Source: Lama guanicoe
Taxonomy: Eukaryota
Direction: 5' to 3'
Length of the DNA stretch: 64,000 nt
Assembly (NCBI GenBank): GCA_013239625.1
Contig: MU054323.1
Coordinates: 18,928,819 to 18,992,818 of the forward strand
A program made the translations under genes and the position numbers. The notes below the pieces were generated by a model that saw only the letters and a list, made by a program, of their open reading frames with translations, was not told the DNA's origin and searched no databases. Below, one piece after another: positions 28,576 through 42,429 of the stretch (positions are counted from its first letter, which is position 1; each line of letters opens with the position of its first letter).

Positions 28576-29850
28576 TACTATCATCTATCTTTTGTAATGA
28601 TTCCAGATATCCCATAATAAATATCTTTACACTAAAGAGCAGCATTAAAAAATCAAATTTAGTAAGACTGGAAATTGTGAATCAGTTTGATCTGACCAAA
28701 TCAGTTTGGTCATAAAAAGACTTGTTAATATTAAGTATATAAATACATTCCTCAAACAATAAATATTTTGTGGTAAGAAACATGCTTAAAAATTATATTC
28801 AGCTTTCATTAAATCTCATTCAAAAAAATAATGTTATCCTCCTTGCAAGATGTTGAAAAGGTCTCTTTTGGAGGGCAAAACTAAGGAAAGTGTATTTCCT
28901 TCTAAAGTTTCTGCCTCTGGGCTTCTCTCTACCACTCATTTCTTTATTACTAGAAAACATTTAGCAAAATACTTTTCCTGACTTCCATCTAAGAATGTAC
29001 CTATAGGAAGAACTTCTAAATTAAGACTGTGTCGCAAGGTGCTTGAAGGAACTTTTTACCCTGTAATTCTATTTCATATGACCTTTCATTTGCCAGGGAG
29101 CTTCATTTTGAGAGCAGTTCAAAGTAGCTAAAAGGTCTGTATGCTACAGTTTTAAATTTAGAACCAAATTCTCTAGAAACGGTGTATAAATAGGTAAATT
29201 TTTTCTCACATTTTTCCCACAAAATATTCAAATGTGGCTAGATAATTTCATACATGCTTCAAACTGACATTTAAAAGCGTATAACCACTGCTGTGCATAG
29301 TTTCCACTGCACTTTACTGGGGCAGGATTGGAGAAAAAATCAAAATGCATGTCTTCAACTTTCTAAAACCTTCCAGAAACTGTGTATCCCAGTAAAAATC
29401 CACTCATGTCTTCTTAAGAGTTTTTGTCTTATGGAAAGGATTTCACAGCTTGACTCAGAACTTATCCAGTATTCTTTTTAACATAGTTCAATTTTCCTTT
29501 CTGTATTAAAGGTCTTGTTTATTATTGGATGCAAATTTTAATTAAATCTTTTTTTGGCAAAGGGATGCCAATATGATTTAAAGTAATTGACTTTATTATT
29601 GATTCTTTTCTGTAATTAACAAAAGCAATGGTTTATGCAGATGTCTATGCTAGTCTGTGTAAAAGAAATATATTTTGTCACCAGATTGTTATTCTTTGAG
29701 AGAACCTGATGTTTCTTGGTGAAGTAAAAAACGCTAGCCTGAAACCCCCAATCTCCTTTATATTTAAAGAATATACTGTTTATAAGATAAATGGGAGATA
29801 GAAGAGTACCAAAAAAGTATGACAGCAGATATTTTCCCTAGACTTGTGGT

Positions 29851-29892
29851 TTATATATATATATATTTATATATATATAATATATATATATT
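29851..29892. repeat. (TA)n microsatellite
   Basis: Direct reading. Confidence 0.9.
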
Positions 29893-29969
29893 AATTGGCA
29901 GAACAGAATAGAATTTGAACAAAAAATTACAAATTGACAGGAATTTTATTGGAAAAGTAGAAATCTGAT

Positions 29970-30480
29970 AATATAATAATCTATTGCTGAATAACAGATA
30001 TCATAAACTTGGCAGCTCTGTGGATCATGAATTGAAGTATTTATCTGGGTGCCTCCGGCTCAGAGAGTCTTAATAATGCTGTATTCAAGGTGTTGGCCAG
30101 GGCTGCAGTCATCCCAAGGTTTAGCTGTGAGCCCTTACTAAATCTGCCCTGAACCTCACTTACATGTCTGTTGGCAGGCCCCAGGTCCTCACTGACAGTT
30201 GGCTACAAATAGTTTGTTGCCATGTAGGTCTTTCCATAGGGCAGCTTACAATATGCCAGCTGGCTTCTCGCAGAGCGAGTGAGCCAAAGAGTGAGAGATG
30301 GAAGTCCAAGGGGAAAAAAACCCAACAGCATTCTTGTAATCTAATTACAAGAGTGACATGCCATTATTGTTGTCCATTGTTTATTAGAAGCCAGTCATTA
30401 GGTAAAGCCCACACTCAACAGACAGCATCAGTACCAAGAGGCAGAAATCTCTGGAGACCACCTTGGAGCTGTCTACCACA
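29970..30480 (-). mobile_element. MaLR LTR (MLT1F-like)
   Basis: The minus strand starts tgtggtagacagctccaaggtggtc. Contains ggccagggctgcagtcatc and gttggcaggccccaggtcctc. Confidence 0.85.
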
Positions 30481-31693
30481 CTGTCTAAATGGAAACAAAG
30501 GTGAATGTTGAACAGCAGATAAGTTACAAAGCCTTAATTATCCCAAATTTAAAGTTGCTGTAAACATTCTTGATTGTATTAGGTGATATGAGCACTTCAA
30601 TAGTAATATCTTTATTTCCTTCCCAAGAAAGAAAAATCTAATGCATGGATTATAGAAAAAATATGTATTGTCAGCTATTGATTGATAAGATGAGTCAGTT
30701 AGAATAAAATTGAGAATTAAAAAACATCACTAAATTGACTTTCTCAAGATCTGGTGCCAATCCAGCATTTTTAGAAAGAAAATGTATTTTTCTGATTTCT
30801 TTTATCCTAATCCCCTCTATTGTTTTGTTTTTTTATTTACCTGTTATCTTGAAGGGAATGAAAGTGTTGTGCATTTTCTTCTTTTTGTAGCTGAAATCCA
30901 ATTGGGTGTACTGCATCTTCTTGTAAAATAATTTTTAGTCAAGCCCAGTGATTTAATAACTCACCTAGCTCCAAAAAATATAGCTGAAATTACTATTAGG
31001 CACATGCATTATAATTTTACACATGCACACACAAACAGAGGCTCATGCTGAGGGTAGATGAGATTGATAGCTGAGATGACCTCCAACACAACCTGATTCA
31101 AAAGCAAAAAAAAAAAAAAACACAAAGGAAACAATAAAGGAACTGGCTATGTGTTTTTAGTATCATAAAGCTAAAGGATTGACAGTACCGTTACTGGGAG
31201 ACTCTGTCCAGGTGCAAAGGCAGGATGTGGATATTTGATAAATGGGAAGGAGATCTTCCTAGACATTTTTGTTTGAAAATTTAATTTTAATGAAAATATC
31301 CTCTCAATGACCATAAAAATATTGCATTCAAGAAATGAACACTAGAACCTAAGATTTAAAATTTATTCTGCATTGATAAACTTCTTTGCTTTTAGTTACT
31401 TCAAGTTCAGTTATTGAAATAAAGGCTGCTATGAATATTAAAAAAATAACTTAGGTGATTTGGCTGAGACTAGAGAGGTGTTAAAAACCAAACTTCTTTC
31501 TAATATAGATGTCTTGGGGTCCTCAAAGTCCAAAAATTTCATAGCGGCCCTCATGCATGTGCAAAAACATGATGAATTTATTAATGCTAAAGTGATGTAT
31601 AAACATACTAAGGATAAAGAAAATTATTTCATTTGGTATTTAAGAAGTATTAACAGTTCAGAATCCTAAACAATGTCTTGCTTATTAATATCC

Positions 31694-34600
31694 TATTGTC
31701 TGCAAAAAAAATATACAATGTTAGGAACGGTGAATTTCAGTTTTACTCAGGGTTCTTACTGAGGGCTATAGACCAAGAGACAGCCTCTCTGATAGCTCTG
31801 AGGACCTGCTCTAAAGAGGTGGAGGAGGAGCCAGTATACCTATGAAATTTTGTCTGGAATAATACACGTTGTCAAGCATACAAAGATTATTGCTAATCAC
31901 AAAACAGACATCTCAAGTTCATGATTTTAGTGCTTTTCTTTGTATGGCGACATGCAAGAATCTGGGATCATTGAAATTCGTCCCTGGGTAAGCATTTTAA
32001 CAATCTAGGGTCTGTATATCCAAAAGCACAGAATGCTTCATCCTGTTTTTTGCTAGCCTGAATTCCCCTCATAGTGCACTGTGAGTGGCCAACTGTAGTG
32101 GGCTGCAACTTAATCCTTGTAGAACTGGAATAGTGGATAACGTTCTTTGTTTAAAGTGCTCCCTGTTGGTCATAAATGTGAGTGAGGTTTGGGAAGCCTT
32201 TCATGACCAGTTTACCCCAGGGCGTTTGGGAGTCTCATTTCTAGGTAGAGTGAGGATTCCCTTGACAGGTGGCTCAGCGTGCTATTACTGTGCTGTTACC
32301 CTGTAAGCGGTAGCCATCAAAGCCTCTAGACCACCTGTGGTACTAGTCTGTTATGGTCCAGGAAATCATTCCCTCCTGCTGCTTCTCCTCATACCTAGAC
32401 TTACACTTTTGTAGTCATTTGATCTTGTATAGAACTATTTATTTGGTCAATTGTTTCAAGTCACATAGTCATAATTATTTTTGTCAGGCTAGGTCACACA
32501 AAGAAACAAAAATCTTATAAAACTGACAGAATATAAATAATACATCTGGTAGCATTAACAAGGTCATGTGTAATAGTTTAAACCAAGAACTGCCATTAGG
32601 TATGGCCCAGTATATCCTCGATGATCTGACCCAATCTGTTTCATACCAATCACTATCTTTAAAGAGAATTATTTGATGGCATGGTTGATAAGGCACCGAA
32701 CCCAACTTCCTAGTGTTAATTAAGCTGATTGCCTTTAGTATGATTTAACTGTTGTCAACAGAAGGGCCTTTAAACTTAGATGACCATGACCTGGTGTTAA
32801 CCATAAAAATCCATCCCATATCTGAGGGAGGGCCCATTCGAGTAATTGGGAAGTTATATTCTTTAACTGAAATTTAGCTCACCGCTTTGATTGAGCTTGA
32901 GTGACCTTAAAAAAAATTCATATTCATGGCCATGGTCAGAGCAAGTATGATTGACTGGCCAAGTGAGAGGATTTCATCTAGTAGTATCAATAGTGGCCAA
33001 AACAGAACTATAACTTCTTTTTTCTAAAATAAATTTTCTAAGGGCTATCCAATCAGAGTCTCAGAGAAGGTAAATTCTCCAAGGTAAACCAGAAGTAGTG
33101 GATGTAGGTAATTGACCACAAATCCAACAATTGGGTTGATTTCTGAAATTTTCAAAGGATTATGTTCGTGATAGAAAAAAAATTTTTTTATTCACTTGCA
33201 AAAGTCCAAGGAATCAAGAAAACGTGATAAATAATATGAGTCAGGTCTGGCTTCTTGGGATAGCTGTCTACTTCTGACATAATCTTCTCCTCCTGGCATG
33301 AGTGTTCTTTCTTTTCTGTTAGAGCATTGGTTTAAAGTGAGATAGAGAGAAAAGATAAATGTTTCAATTCTGTTTAAAAAGACTTTGCCAAACACTTTGC
33401 CAAATTGCCATGTCATAAATAGCTTAAGAAGGAAAGTTTCTTTGTATCTGGAAAACAAAGATGAAAAGCCAGTAATATTTTAGACAAAAAGTCATGAAAA
33501 TTATCTTTCAGCCCTATGTAACTAATTCTTGTTGATCTTGATCTTCTGTTAACAGTTTTATGGAGCCATGCTTTTCCACTAGAACCATTTGATTTCTTAC
33601 TCAATTCAGTGGTAATATATGAAAGTTATCAGAAACCTGTGTTTGTCAAAAAGTCTTTTCTATGGCTCTTCTTGAAGATGAAGTATTTTGCAAAAGCATC
33701 ACATAAAATAATAACTGTCTATAAATGACAAAAAACTTAAAATGCCATGATTAATGATCTGATTACAATACAACCATCAAAAATACTTGGTTATTTCTGT
33801 GACATATATAATATTTTAAGATAATAACTGTAATTATGGCTGGTAACACTATACCAGGACATACCAGATTTTTAGGAATTCAGTATAATCCAATGCTCAT
33901 TTACAAACTGATTTTTGGAATACCATCTGGAGGTAGAGACATACCATATCTATAATGTACACACAGACATATAGACAGATACAACTAGAGATCTCATAGC
34001 TTCTTTTAAAACTTAGTCATAAATCAGTATTATAATGTAAAACTCACTAGTTTATAAATATCTGTTGGAATAAGTTAAGTTTACTTTCTTGAGTTTAAAA
34101 AAGGCTTCTTTACTTTTTTTTTTTTTTTTACAGTCTCAGGAATTGGAGATGGTCTATATAAGAGAAAGATAGAGTTCCTGAGAGCCTTGGTAGAACATTT
34201 ATATCACAAAGGCACAGGCAGAGAAATGCAAGCCCCTCCTAGAAGGACTTTATTCTCTTAGAGTCAGAATTTTGAAGAGTTGTTTATCAAGCCAGATTCC
34301 TCTAACTGTATATGCAAAAACCAGTTTCGGAATATCAAAGAGAGCCCCTCTTGGCCACGTTTAGGGTGAGATTTCCTTAGTTCCTAATTAAGTAAGTACT
34401 TACAAGTGTAAGTTCTGTATATACATAAACTACCCTCTGGGGTATTAGTTAGATGTTATCTGGTACCCCTTACCTAACCACCCAGTTCAGACCTCCTCAG
34501 TATCTTTCAACTGAGCAAAATCTTCCCAGTATCTCTCAACCAGGCACTCCCTGAAAGCATCTCTCAGCAAGGCACTTTCTCAGTATCTCTCAACTAAGTA

Positions 34601-35325
34601 GTTGGGCACATTTTTTATCCACCACTGAATAAAACTCAGGATTATTAACCAAGACGGGAGATCTGAGACCAAGAGAGACTCATCCAAATTTGTCTGGACT
34701 TGCTGAGGAGGTGGACATGTACGAGGGGCCCTTGCTGGTACCAAGGCTCCAGATCCTCACAGAGTTCAGATGAGAGAGAGGGCAGCTCTGGGTCCCTTCA
34801 TGGTCATCAAAACTGTTGATTGAAAGAAAAGAAAAAAAAAAGCACAATGTAAGAGCAGTGAGTTTCAGTTTTATTCAGGGACCTTACTAAAGACTAATAT
34901 CCCAGAAGACAGTCTCTCATATAGTTCTGAGGAACTACTCCAAAGAGATAGAAGTAGGGGATTCAGTGTGTATATGTGTGTGTGTGTGTGTATACATATA
35001 TATATGTATATATATATGAATTTTTTGGCTGGGAAATACATGTAGTGAAGCATTGAAAGATTACTGCTAATTTTAAAGAATAGCTATCTCAAATTAATAA
35101 TTTTGGTGCATTTCTATCTATGAGAAGATGCAAGAATGTGGGGTCATTGAAATTCTCCCCTAGGTGTGCATCTTAACTATCTAGGGGCCTATATATTCAA
35201 AAGCACAGAATACCTCATCCTATTTCTTTATATTCTGAGTCCCCCTCAGGATGCACTGTCAGTGAGCAATGACAGTGGGTTGCAATTTGTAGAACTGGAA
35301 TGACAGGCAACATTCTTTTTGTACA
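31694..35325 (-). mobile_element. ERV1-class provirus, internally deleted/non-coding, with two LTRs
   Basis: Direct repeats at ~31694-32155 and 34814-35325. PBS-like TGATGACCATGAAGGGAC (minus, 34792-34809) next to the 5' LTR. PPT-like gaccaacagggagcac next to the 3' LTR. No long ORF. Confidence 0.9.
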
Positions 35326-35675
35326 CCCAGCAGTGCAGTTGTTTGTACTTCCCTCTATTAAATTAATTAATAATTAATATTAGTAATAAAATTAATTAAC
35401 AATAATATTATTATTTAGATTTTCCAGTGGTGTGCTAGAACCAGATGTACTGGCCTAGAAGAATCATTAAATTTTCAGTAATTTTGTGAACAAATTGTTT
35501 AACATAGACATTATTTAAAATTAAATCATATAAATGTAAAATTAAATCAATTATATTAAAAGTAGAAATAATACTCAAAACATATCACTTTCTAATTGTT
35601 TTGCTACATTTTACCATTTTCTATGCTCTCGAAATTATTTGCATTGTTGTATCATACAAAAGGTTGGTGAAAATA

Positions 35676-35887
35676 CAATTGATACTTGAACAACTTGGAT
35701 TTGAACTGAGGGGATCCACTTATATGTGGGTATTTTTCAATAAATACATTCTGCGGTGGTACACAGTCTAGTTGCTTGAATCGTTGCATGTAGAACCAAG
35801 GATATAAAGGGCTGACTGTAAAGTTCTATGTAGGTTTTGTATGAGGGGTTGGCACCCCTAACCTCTATGCTGTTCAAGGGTTAACTG
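35676..35887 (+). mobile_element. MER8 / Tigger2-derived MITE
   Basis: TIRs caattgatacttgaaca and tgttcaagggttaactg, flanked by TA on both sides. Confidence 0.85.
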
Positions 35888-35989
35888 TACCATCAAATTG
35901 TGTGCTACTGTGTATCTCTTCCCATTCAATGATGTCATACTGATATCTAGAAATTGGCCAAAACAAAAGTATTTGCACCATGGAAATCA

Positions 35990-36536
35990 GCATAGGGAGC
36001 AAAATTTGCCACCCCAAAATGTGTGTTTTTGGCATAAAGATTAATTTAGACTGACTATTTTTAAGAAACAGAAGACTCAGGAAGTCTTTTTACCTCCCCC
36101 TTAATTGCCTAAATAATTTAGACAGAGGACCTGTGCCTGTAAGAGAGCTATCACCAGAGGTATCTGCAAAGAAGATGAGCGATATTTGGTGGGGAAAACT
36201 AGGCAGGGCCAAGAAGTCAGAGCTCACACTGGGTCCCCCTGTCTTTGCATGGCCCAGAAAGCATTCGTTTACCAAACATTTGCTTTTCCATCTCTGTGTC
36301 AATTGCTTCCTCCCCTTGAAGTCCCAAACCACTAACTCCAACACCTTCTTTTGTCTTTAGCTGAAAATGATATTTAAGTTGAGAGTTTGGTCATTTTGGC
36401 ATGTTATTCAGCCTGTATGGATTTCTCTCATGTTATTGTGTGATTTTTCTCCTGTTAATTTGTTTTATGTCAATTTAATTCTTAGACTACCCAGAAGAAA
36501 CTAGAAGGGTAGAGGAAAATACCTTCCTCTCCCACA
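35990..36536 (+). mobile_element. ERV1 solo LTR (MER34-like)
   Basis: gggagcaaaatttgccaccccaaaatg...ggcataaagatt. Reverse-complement homologue of the 25739-26825 LTR. Confidence 0.85.
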
Positions 36537-36674
36537 GCAACAAATGGTATACATCACTGCCTTTTCTGTTTGTTTGGCTTTCTGCTTGTTAAACATTGAC
36601 CAGCGCATCACAGCTAGAAGTCTTTAAGGCCAACATATATGCCTATATAAATATAAAAAAATATATAAATAATT

Positions 36675-37785
36675 TAAAATAGACTTTTTTTGTAGGGCAG
36701 TTTTAGATTCACAGAAGAATTGAGAGGAAAGTGCAGAGATTTTCCACACACTCCGTATCCCCATCCCACACGCATAGCCTTCTCCATTATCAACATCCTG
36801 ACCACAGTGGTTTATTTGTTACAATTCATAAACCTAAATCAACACATTGTTATCACACAAAATCCGTACTTCACATTAGGGTTCATTCTTGATATAGTAC
36901 ATTCTATGGGTGTGGACAGTCGTATAAAAACACATATCCCCTGTTAGAGTACCCTACAGAATAGTTTCACCATCTGAAGTATCCTTTGTGCTCCACCTAA
37001 TCATTTCTCTCTTCTCCTCAACTCCTGGCAACCATTTATCTTTTTACTGTGTCCATAGATTTGCCTTTTCCGGAATGTCATATAATTGGAATTAAACAGT
37101 ATGTAGCCTTTCAAACTGACTTTTTTCACTTAGTAATATGCATTTAAGTTTCTTCCATGTTTTTACATATCTTGATAGCTTATTTCTTTTTAATGCTTAC
37201 TGTTCCTTTATCTGGATATACTACAGTTTATCCATTCACATCCTGAAGGCTATCTTGGTTGCTTCCAAGTTTTGACAGTCATGAGGAAGGCTGCTATAAA
37301 CATCTGTGTGCAAGTGTTTGTGTAGACATAAGCTTTAAACTAATTTGCTCCTTTGGGTAAATACCAAGGATTGACATTTCTGATGGCATAGTAAGAGTAT
37401 ATTTAGTTTTGTAAAAAGCCACCAAACTGTCTTTCAATGTGGTTGTATCATTTTCATTCCCACCAGCAATGAATGAGAGTTCTTGTCGCTCCACATTCAC
37501 ATTTGATGTTGACAGTGTTTCAGATTTTGTCCATTCTAATCAGTTCATAGTGGTGTCTCATTATTATTTTAATTTCCATTTCCTTGATGACATATGATGT
37601 TGAGCATCTTTTCATGTACTTATTTCCCATCTGTATATCCTCTTAGGTGGGGTGTTTGCTAAGATTTTTGGTTCTTTTTTAATCAGGTTGTGTGTATTCT
37701 TACTGGTAAGTTTTAGGAGTTCTTTGTGTATTTTAGATAACAGGTGTCTTTATTACAGGTGTCTTTTGTAAATATTTTCTCCCAT
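36675..37785 (-). mobile_element. L1 (L1MC-like) 3' fragment
   Basis: aatagactt...gcagttttagattcacag...ttgagaggaaagtgcagaga tail, followed by the ORF2 end. Confidence 0.9.
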
Positions 37786-38549
37786 ACACATTTTCTTCTT
37801 AAGGAAAAGGTATGCCAAAGATCTGCACTGATTTCAAACCATCTATTTTAAAGGTAAAACCAATTCAGCCAAAGAAAGGGGAGGCATTGTTAATAGTAGC
37901 ACGTAGGGAGCAGCTCCAAAGACCATCATTATGTAGGGGCCTTGTTTAAGTGGAAGAGAGAAGAGAAATGGTAGAAAAATGCAGAGTTTTAGGTTTTATA
38001 CATCCATTTGATTAAATACTGCTTAACAAAATGAAAGTTTTTTTAATTCATACATTCTCTAAATCTATTTCCCTTCAGTTGAAATCCTTTAATTTTAAAT
38101 GTAATTGCCCAAAGTTAAACTGCACTTGTAAAACATATGACTTAGAAGGTTAAATTTTATATTTGTGTAATCAGTTCCAGCATGCCATCAGAGGAGGGTA
38201 GGAATTAAGACTCTGAAGAGTAATCATTTCAGAATAGCACCAATAACTATATAAAATAATCAGCAGTATATATTCCCCACATTACAGTTACAAGTAAGAT
38301 TATTTTTTTAATTTCTAATATGCTTCTTTTAAGCCTCCAGGTGCACCTACCCAATTTAACATTCTTGCGAATATAACTTTTTCCACCTGAAATTACTTGA
38401 ATCAATGACATATGACTTTTTCTAAGGAAGAAATGTTCAGACTACATGGAGTATAAGCCATATTCTAATCACATAAGCATATGAAACTCTTTTATGGATG
38501 CTAGAAAGTTCACCGAGTATAAAAATAGATGCAGTTATTATTGTATTAT

Positions 38550-39689
38550 AACTTCTGAGTTCTTAGCTGAGACCCCTGTAATAAAAGATACATCAACAAG
38601 AGAAAAACAAGCTGAAGTTTATTAACATGTGTAACTCATGTATACATAGAAGAAACCCAAGGAAAAATGGGCTCCCTGAGATGGCTTGGAATTCAAGTTT
38701 AAATACTATGATAATAGGGGAAAGAGTGAGAGAATGTAGATCTCTGAAGATAATAATTTATTTTTAGGGAAGATGAACAGCTCCTTAGAAGAATATATGG
38801 GAGGTATGATAGTGTGGGAAAGGAAAAATAATTTTCCTTCTATGCTTCTAGGTTCTTGGCTGAGACACTCTTGTAATTACATAAACACACACACACACAC
38901 ACACACACACACGGGAGATAAACAAACCAAAGCTAATAACATGTATACCTCCTATATACATGGGAGATACCCAGGAAAATGGAATAACTCTTCAAAATGG
39001 ACCAGGCCATTACCTTAAATACCATCTTTAGCCGAATACAAAATAAAGATATTGGAGGCTGGGGAGCCAGTTCTGGGAGGTTACCAGAAAAGCACAGTAA
39101 ACAACGACATGGTTGTTATGCAGATTTGTCAGCTCTCATTCTCCACTGATAGCTTCTAGAGGTTTGGTTGTCCTCCTCTTCCTCCTACAAGGAATGAGAC
39201 ACCCTCATGAATGAAGATTTCCTTTATTAATGTCTCTTCCAAAAGTAACTTCTGTTTTCCTTCTGACTTCCAAGTTCTAGTTTTCAGAACTTCTCCTGTA
39301 TCTGCTGTTTCAACAAATAGTCTAAAATACTCCTTATGCCAAAGAGGCATATTTAGGGGTGACAAATTCTCCCCTTCAGCAATTTGTGATAAGTTTGTCT
39401 GAGTGTGGCATTAACGCCTAGTCTCCTCCGTTGTGAAAAGAGTCCATCTTTTCCTGGTTGATGAAACTCTCGGAGAAGATGTGTGACAGCTGAGTTCCAT
39501 TGGAGGGGTCTACCTTCAGGCAGATGAAGGGAGTTCAGAGAAAAGCTCATTCCTGTTCTCTAGCATCTGCTGGTTTTCAAGTGTCTACAGTTCAAATCAG
39601 TAAATATACCAAAGTGGCACTTGGAGGCAGCATGTCCTGAACTCCTACAGTCGTTATTTTGAGGTGATATATTCTGCTACTCTTCAACA
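38550..39689 (-). mobile_element. ERV1 LTR (MER34C-like) containing a nested MER34-like LTR (38813-39378)
   Basis: The outer element starts tgttgaagagtagcagaatatatcacctcaaaata (minus). The inner element has TG...CA ends and repeats the gttcttggctgagac motif. A (CA)n tract lies at 38886-38912. Confidence 0.8.
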
Positions 39690-42429
39690 TCGTTAGTATA
39701 CTCATGTATCACCCCTCATCAATTGTCCAGTCCCTGCTCTTTACTTTTTGATACCTGAAGACCTCCAGGTATGCTTATGCAAATGTTCCAAGCTGAGGGA
39801 AAAAAACTCCTTTAATTTTACAGATAACATATTTTTAAACCTGAAAAGGTTAAGAAAAAAATGTATTCATGTTTCAATATCAAATTGTTGGTAATTTAGA
39901 CTTCGAATACTAAGCCTCCAAACTTTTAGTTGTGTTTTCTAATACATATGGTCAGCAGTGAGTGAAAAGAAAGTACATTTATTCCCGAAATGGTAAAAGC
40001 AAGTGAATAAAATTAAATGTCTAGGACACTACAAAGAAAAATTTTCTTAAAGTCTTATAAGATTATGAGTTTTATAGAGTTTAATATATTATAGGACCTT
40101 CTTACTAATTTTTGTGTGTGGGTTCACTTTTAGACAGAAAACCATTTAAAAGTTCTGTAAAGAAAAACCTACTTAAAAACATATTGCATTGAAATCTGTC
40201 CTTAGAAAATATTCTGAATATAAGTACTCATGTAATGTACCTTAAAAGAGAACACCAACCTTTTCTTCAGAAAGTAGTTTTCCTGGTTATAATCCATGAT
40301 GTGTAAATTTAGCAAATCAACATTCTAGCTGCCCTCGTGGTGCTCTCAACCTCTGAACTCCCTCCTTCTCCTCCAGCCCCACTCATCCCCACACGTATGT
40401 ACTGGTTATAAAACATATGAACCCATTAACTGAAATCTCCAATTCTATAGTCTTTTAAAGTCTGTAAATACTTGGAAGAGATAATCCATTAATAACGGCA
40501 CAGTGTGAATATATTACAGGTTTTTCTCCTGAGAAGAGGCATTGATCAAGAATGCTGACAAGCACTAAGCCACCATACAAAAATAAAACGGTTAGAAAGG
40601 GAAATTGATTGAATGGTGACAAAGATAAGACCCTCACGTCTCAGTTTTGATTAAGATCAAGGGTGCCTTCAAGCTATTTCTTCTAAATATCCCTATTTAT
40701 TTTGGAATTAGTTTTTGAAGACTGATCCACATTTTGAGTACCTGCTATGTGCTGGCCTTGTTGTTTTATATGTTTTGATTTTATTTCTGTAAGTCTTTAA
40801 GATATAGTAGGTATACAAATGAGCAAAATGAAAGCTCCAAAAGGTTTAATAATTTATTTTCAGTTATTATTTTAGAAAGTTGTAATATTAAGAATCAAAA
40901 CAAGATTTGTTCGCCTCTCCAAAAACTTTACTCTTTAATGCTACCTGTAATTCCTCAAACAGATGGCATAAATATGAATTATATTAACTGAGGAACAAAA
41001 GATGAATTTCACTATCACTTCTGATAAATTCGGGCAATAAGCTTAAAGAGCACACTATGGAATAGATTTATGAGGCTTTAGCAGAGTTGTGTTGACCTTG
41101 TCTATCTGGATTTCCTATAGTCTAAACAGACTTGAAGTCATATTAATACCATTCCTTTGGTTTGGGCATTTGTTCCCTCTCCCAGGCAGTGGTGTCATAT
41201 GAACGTGGTCTCCTGTTCATTGGGCATGAAGCCAGATCACTCCTTCCCCAATCTAAGGCAATCATTTACACTATAGAACTGATGACTACAATTACGTTTT
41301 ATTCTGAAAAGTCAGCTATGGGATTCATGAATCATGTATGGATCAAGTGGGGGTGTAGCAATGAATGAATAATTACCAAAGATTCATGGGATTATTCATA
41401 CACATATGACTTCTCAAATCCAAGTCGTATTAACCACACCATAAATAAATTGAATCATTTAAGTGTTAAAAGCTTTAAAAAGAACTTCCATAGACATGTT
41501 ATTTATAAATATCATTTGTTGTAATCGATTTAGTAATTTTCATTCCATTCTATGAATTTCCAAGTTACATAAAGTGTAGATTTTTAAGAGCTGTGATAGG
41601 TTGGTGTTCCCATCACTGCCATAAGTGGTTTTCATTAATGATCTGTTAGAAATCCTATGTGGCCTTTACAAAATCTGGGCATTATAAAAAAGAAAAAGAG
41701 TATGGTAAACCACAGGTGAGCTAAGTGCACTTTAGCAGCATGTGTTCAGCTTCTATATTCTTTGTAAACCAGAATTGATTTCAATAATTATCCCAATTTT
41801 CTAGGAGCCCTGGTCTGTGGGCTATTTCTGCTTCCACAACGGCTATTTCTTTTGGTATTCTTGGAACTCCAGCTATAAAATATCAATAATCAGGCCTCTT
41901 CTTCAAAGTCATGTTGCCTGGATACAGAAGTGTATGTCATAAACATCAAACGTGCTTTAGGATAGTCCCTTTAAAAATGAAACAAACGGCTGGATTCCAT
42001 TCTGCCGCTGAAAAAAATGTCAGAAAGATACTTGCTTTTGAGGGTTAGTATCATTTAGACATTTTAATCCATTCTCAATCAAGTCCATGTAAAAATAAAT
42101 TTAAAATGTGAGAACTATAATGTTACACTTCAATCAAGTAATTTTGCAGGGGAGTCACCTACTGCCAAAATCACTGCTTTATTCATCACCTCTCCGCAAA
42201 GACCCTCAACTTTCCCTCATTCAACATTAAACTGCATTCCTCCAAGCACTGCTGTCCTTAATCTCTCATAGAGCCCTTTCATGGTTGCTGCAAACAATGC
42301 CTTAGCACTTGGCTTTGCGTAGATTTGCTTTAGTTACATATTACGTTTGGTCGTTTTCTTTTTGTTCTCTTGTGTGAGTTATCCAGTCTCCAGTGTTACG
42401 CTCTAAATTCCATTATGACAAAGGCTAAG

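Larger units (their letters stand above)
35425..36613. mobile_element. MER63-like hAT element interrupted by two younger insertions
   Basis: Termini cagtggtgtgct and ccagcgcatcacag. The AT-rich MER63-type body resumes after each insert. Confidence 0.75.

Noticed and set aside
34495..34600. Short spaced repeats (CRISPR-like)
   Set aside because: They are degenerate tandem units without unique spacers, inside a mammalian ERV leader, with no cas genes.
35356..35416. Quasi-palindromic pure-AT tract
   Set aside because: Low complexity makes the self-complementarity trivial.
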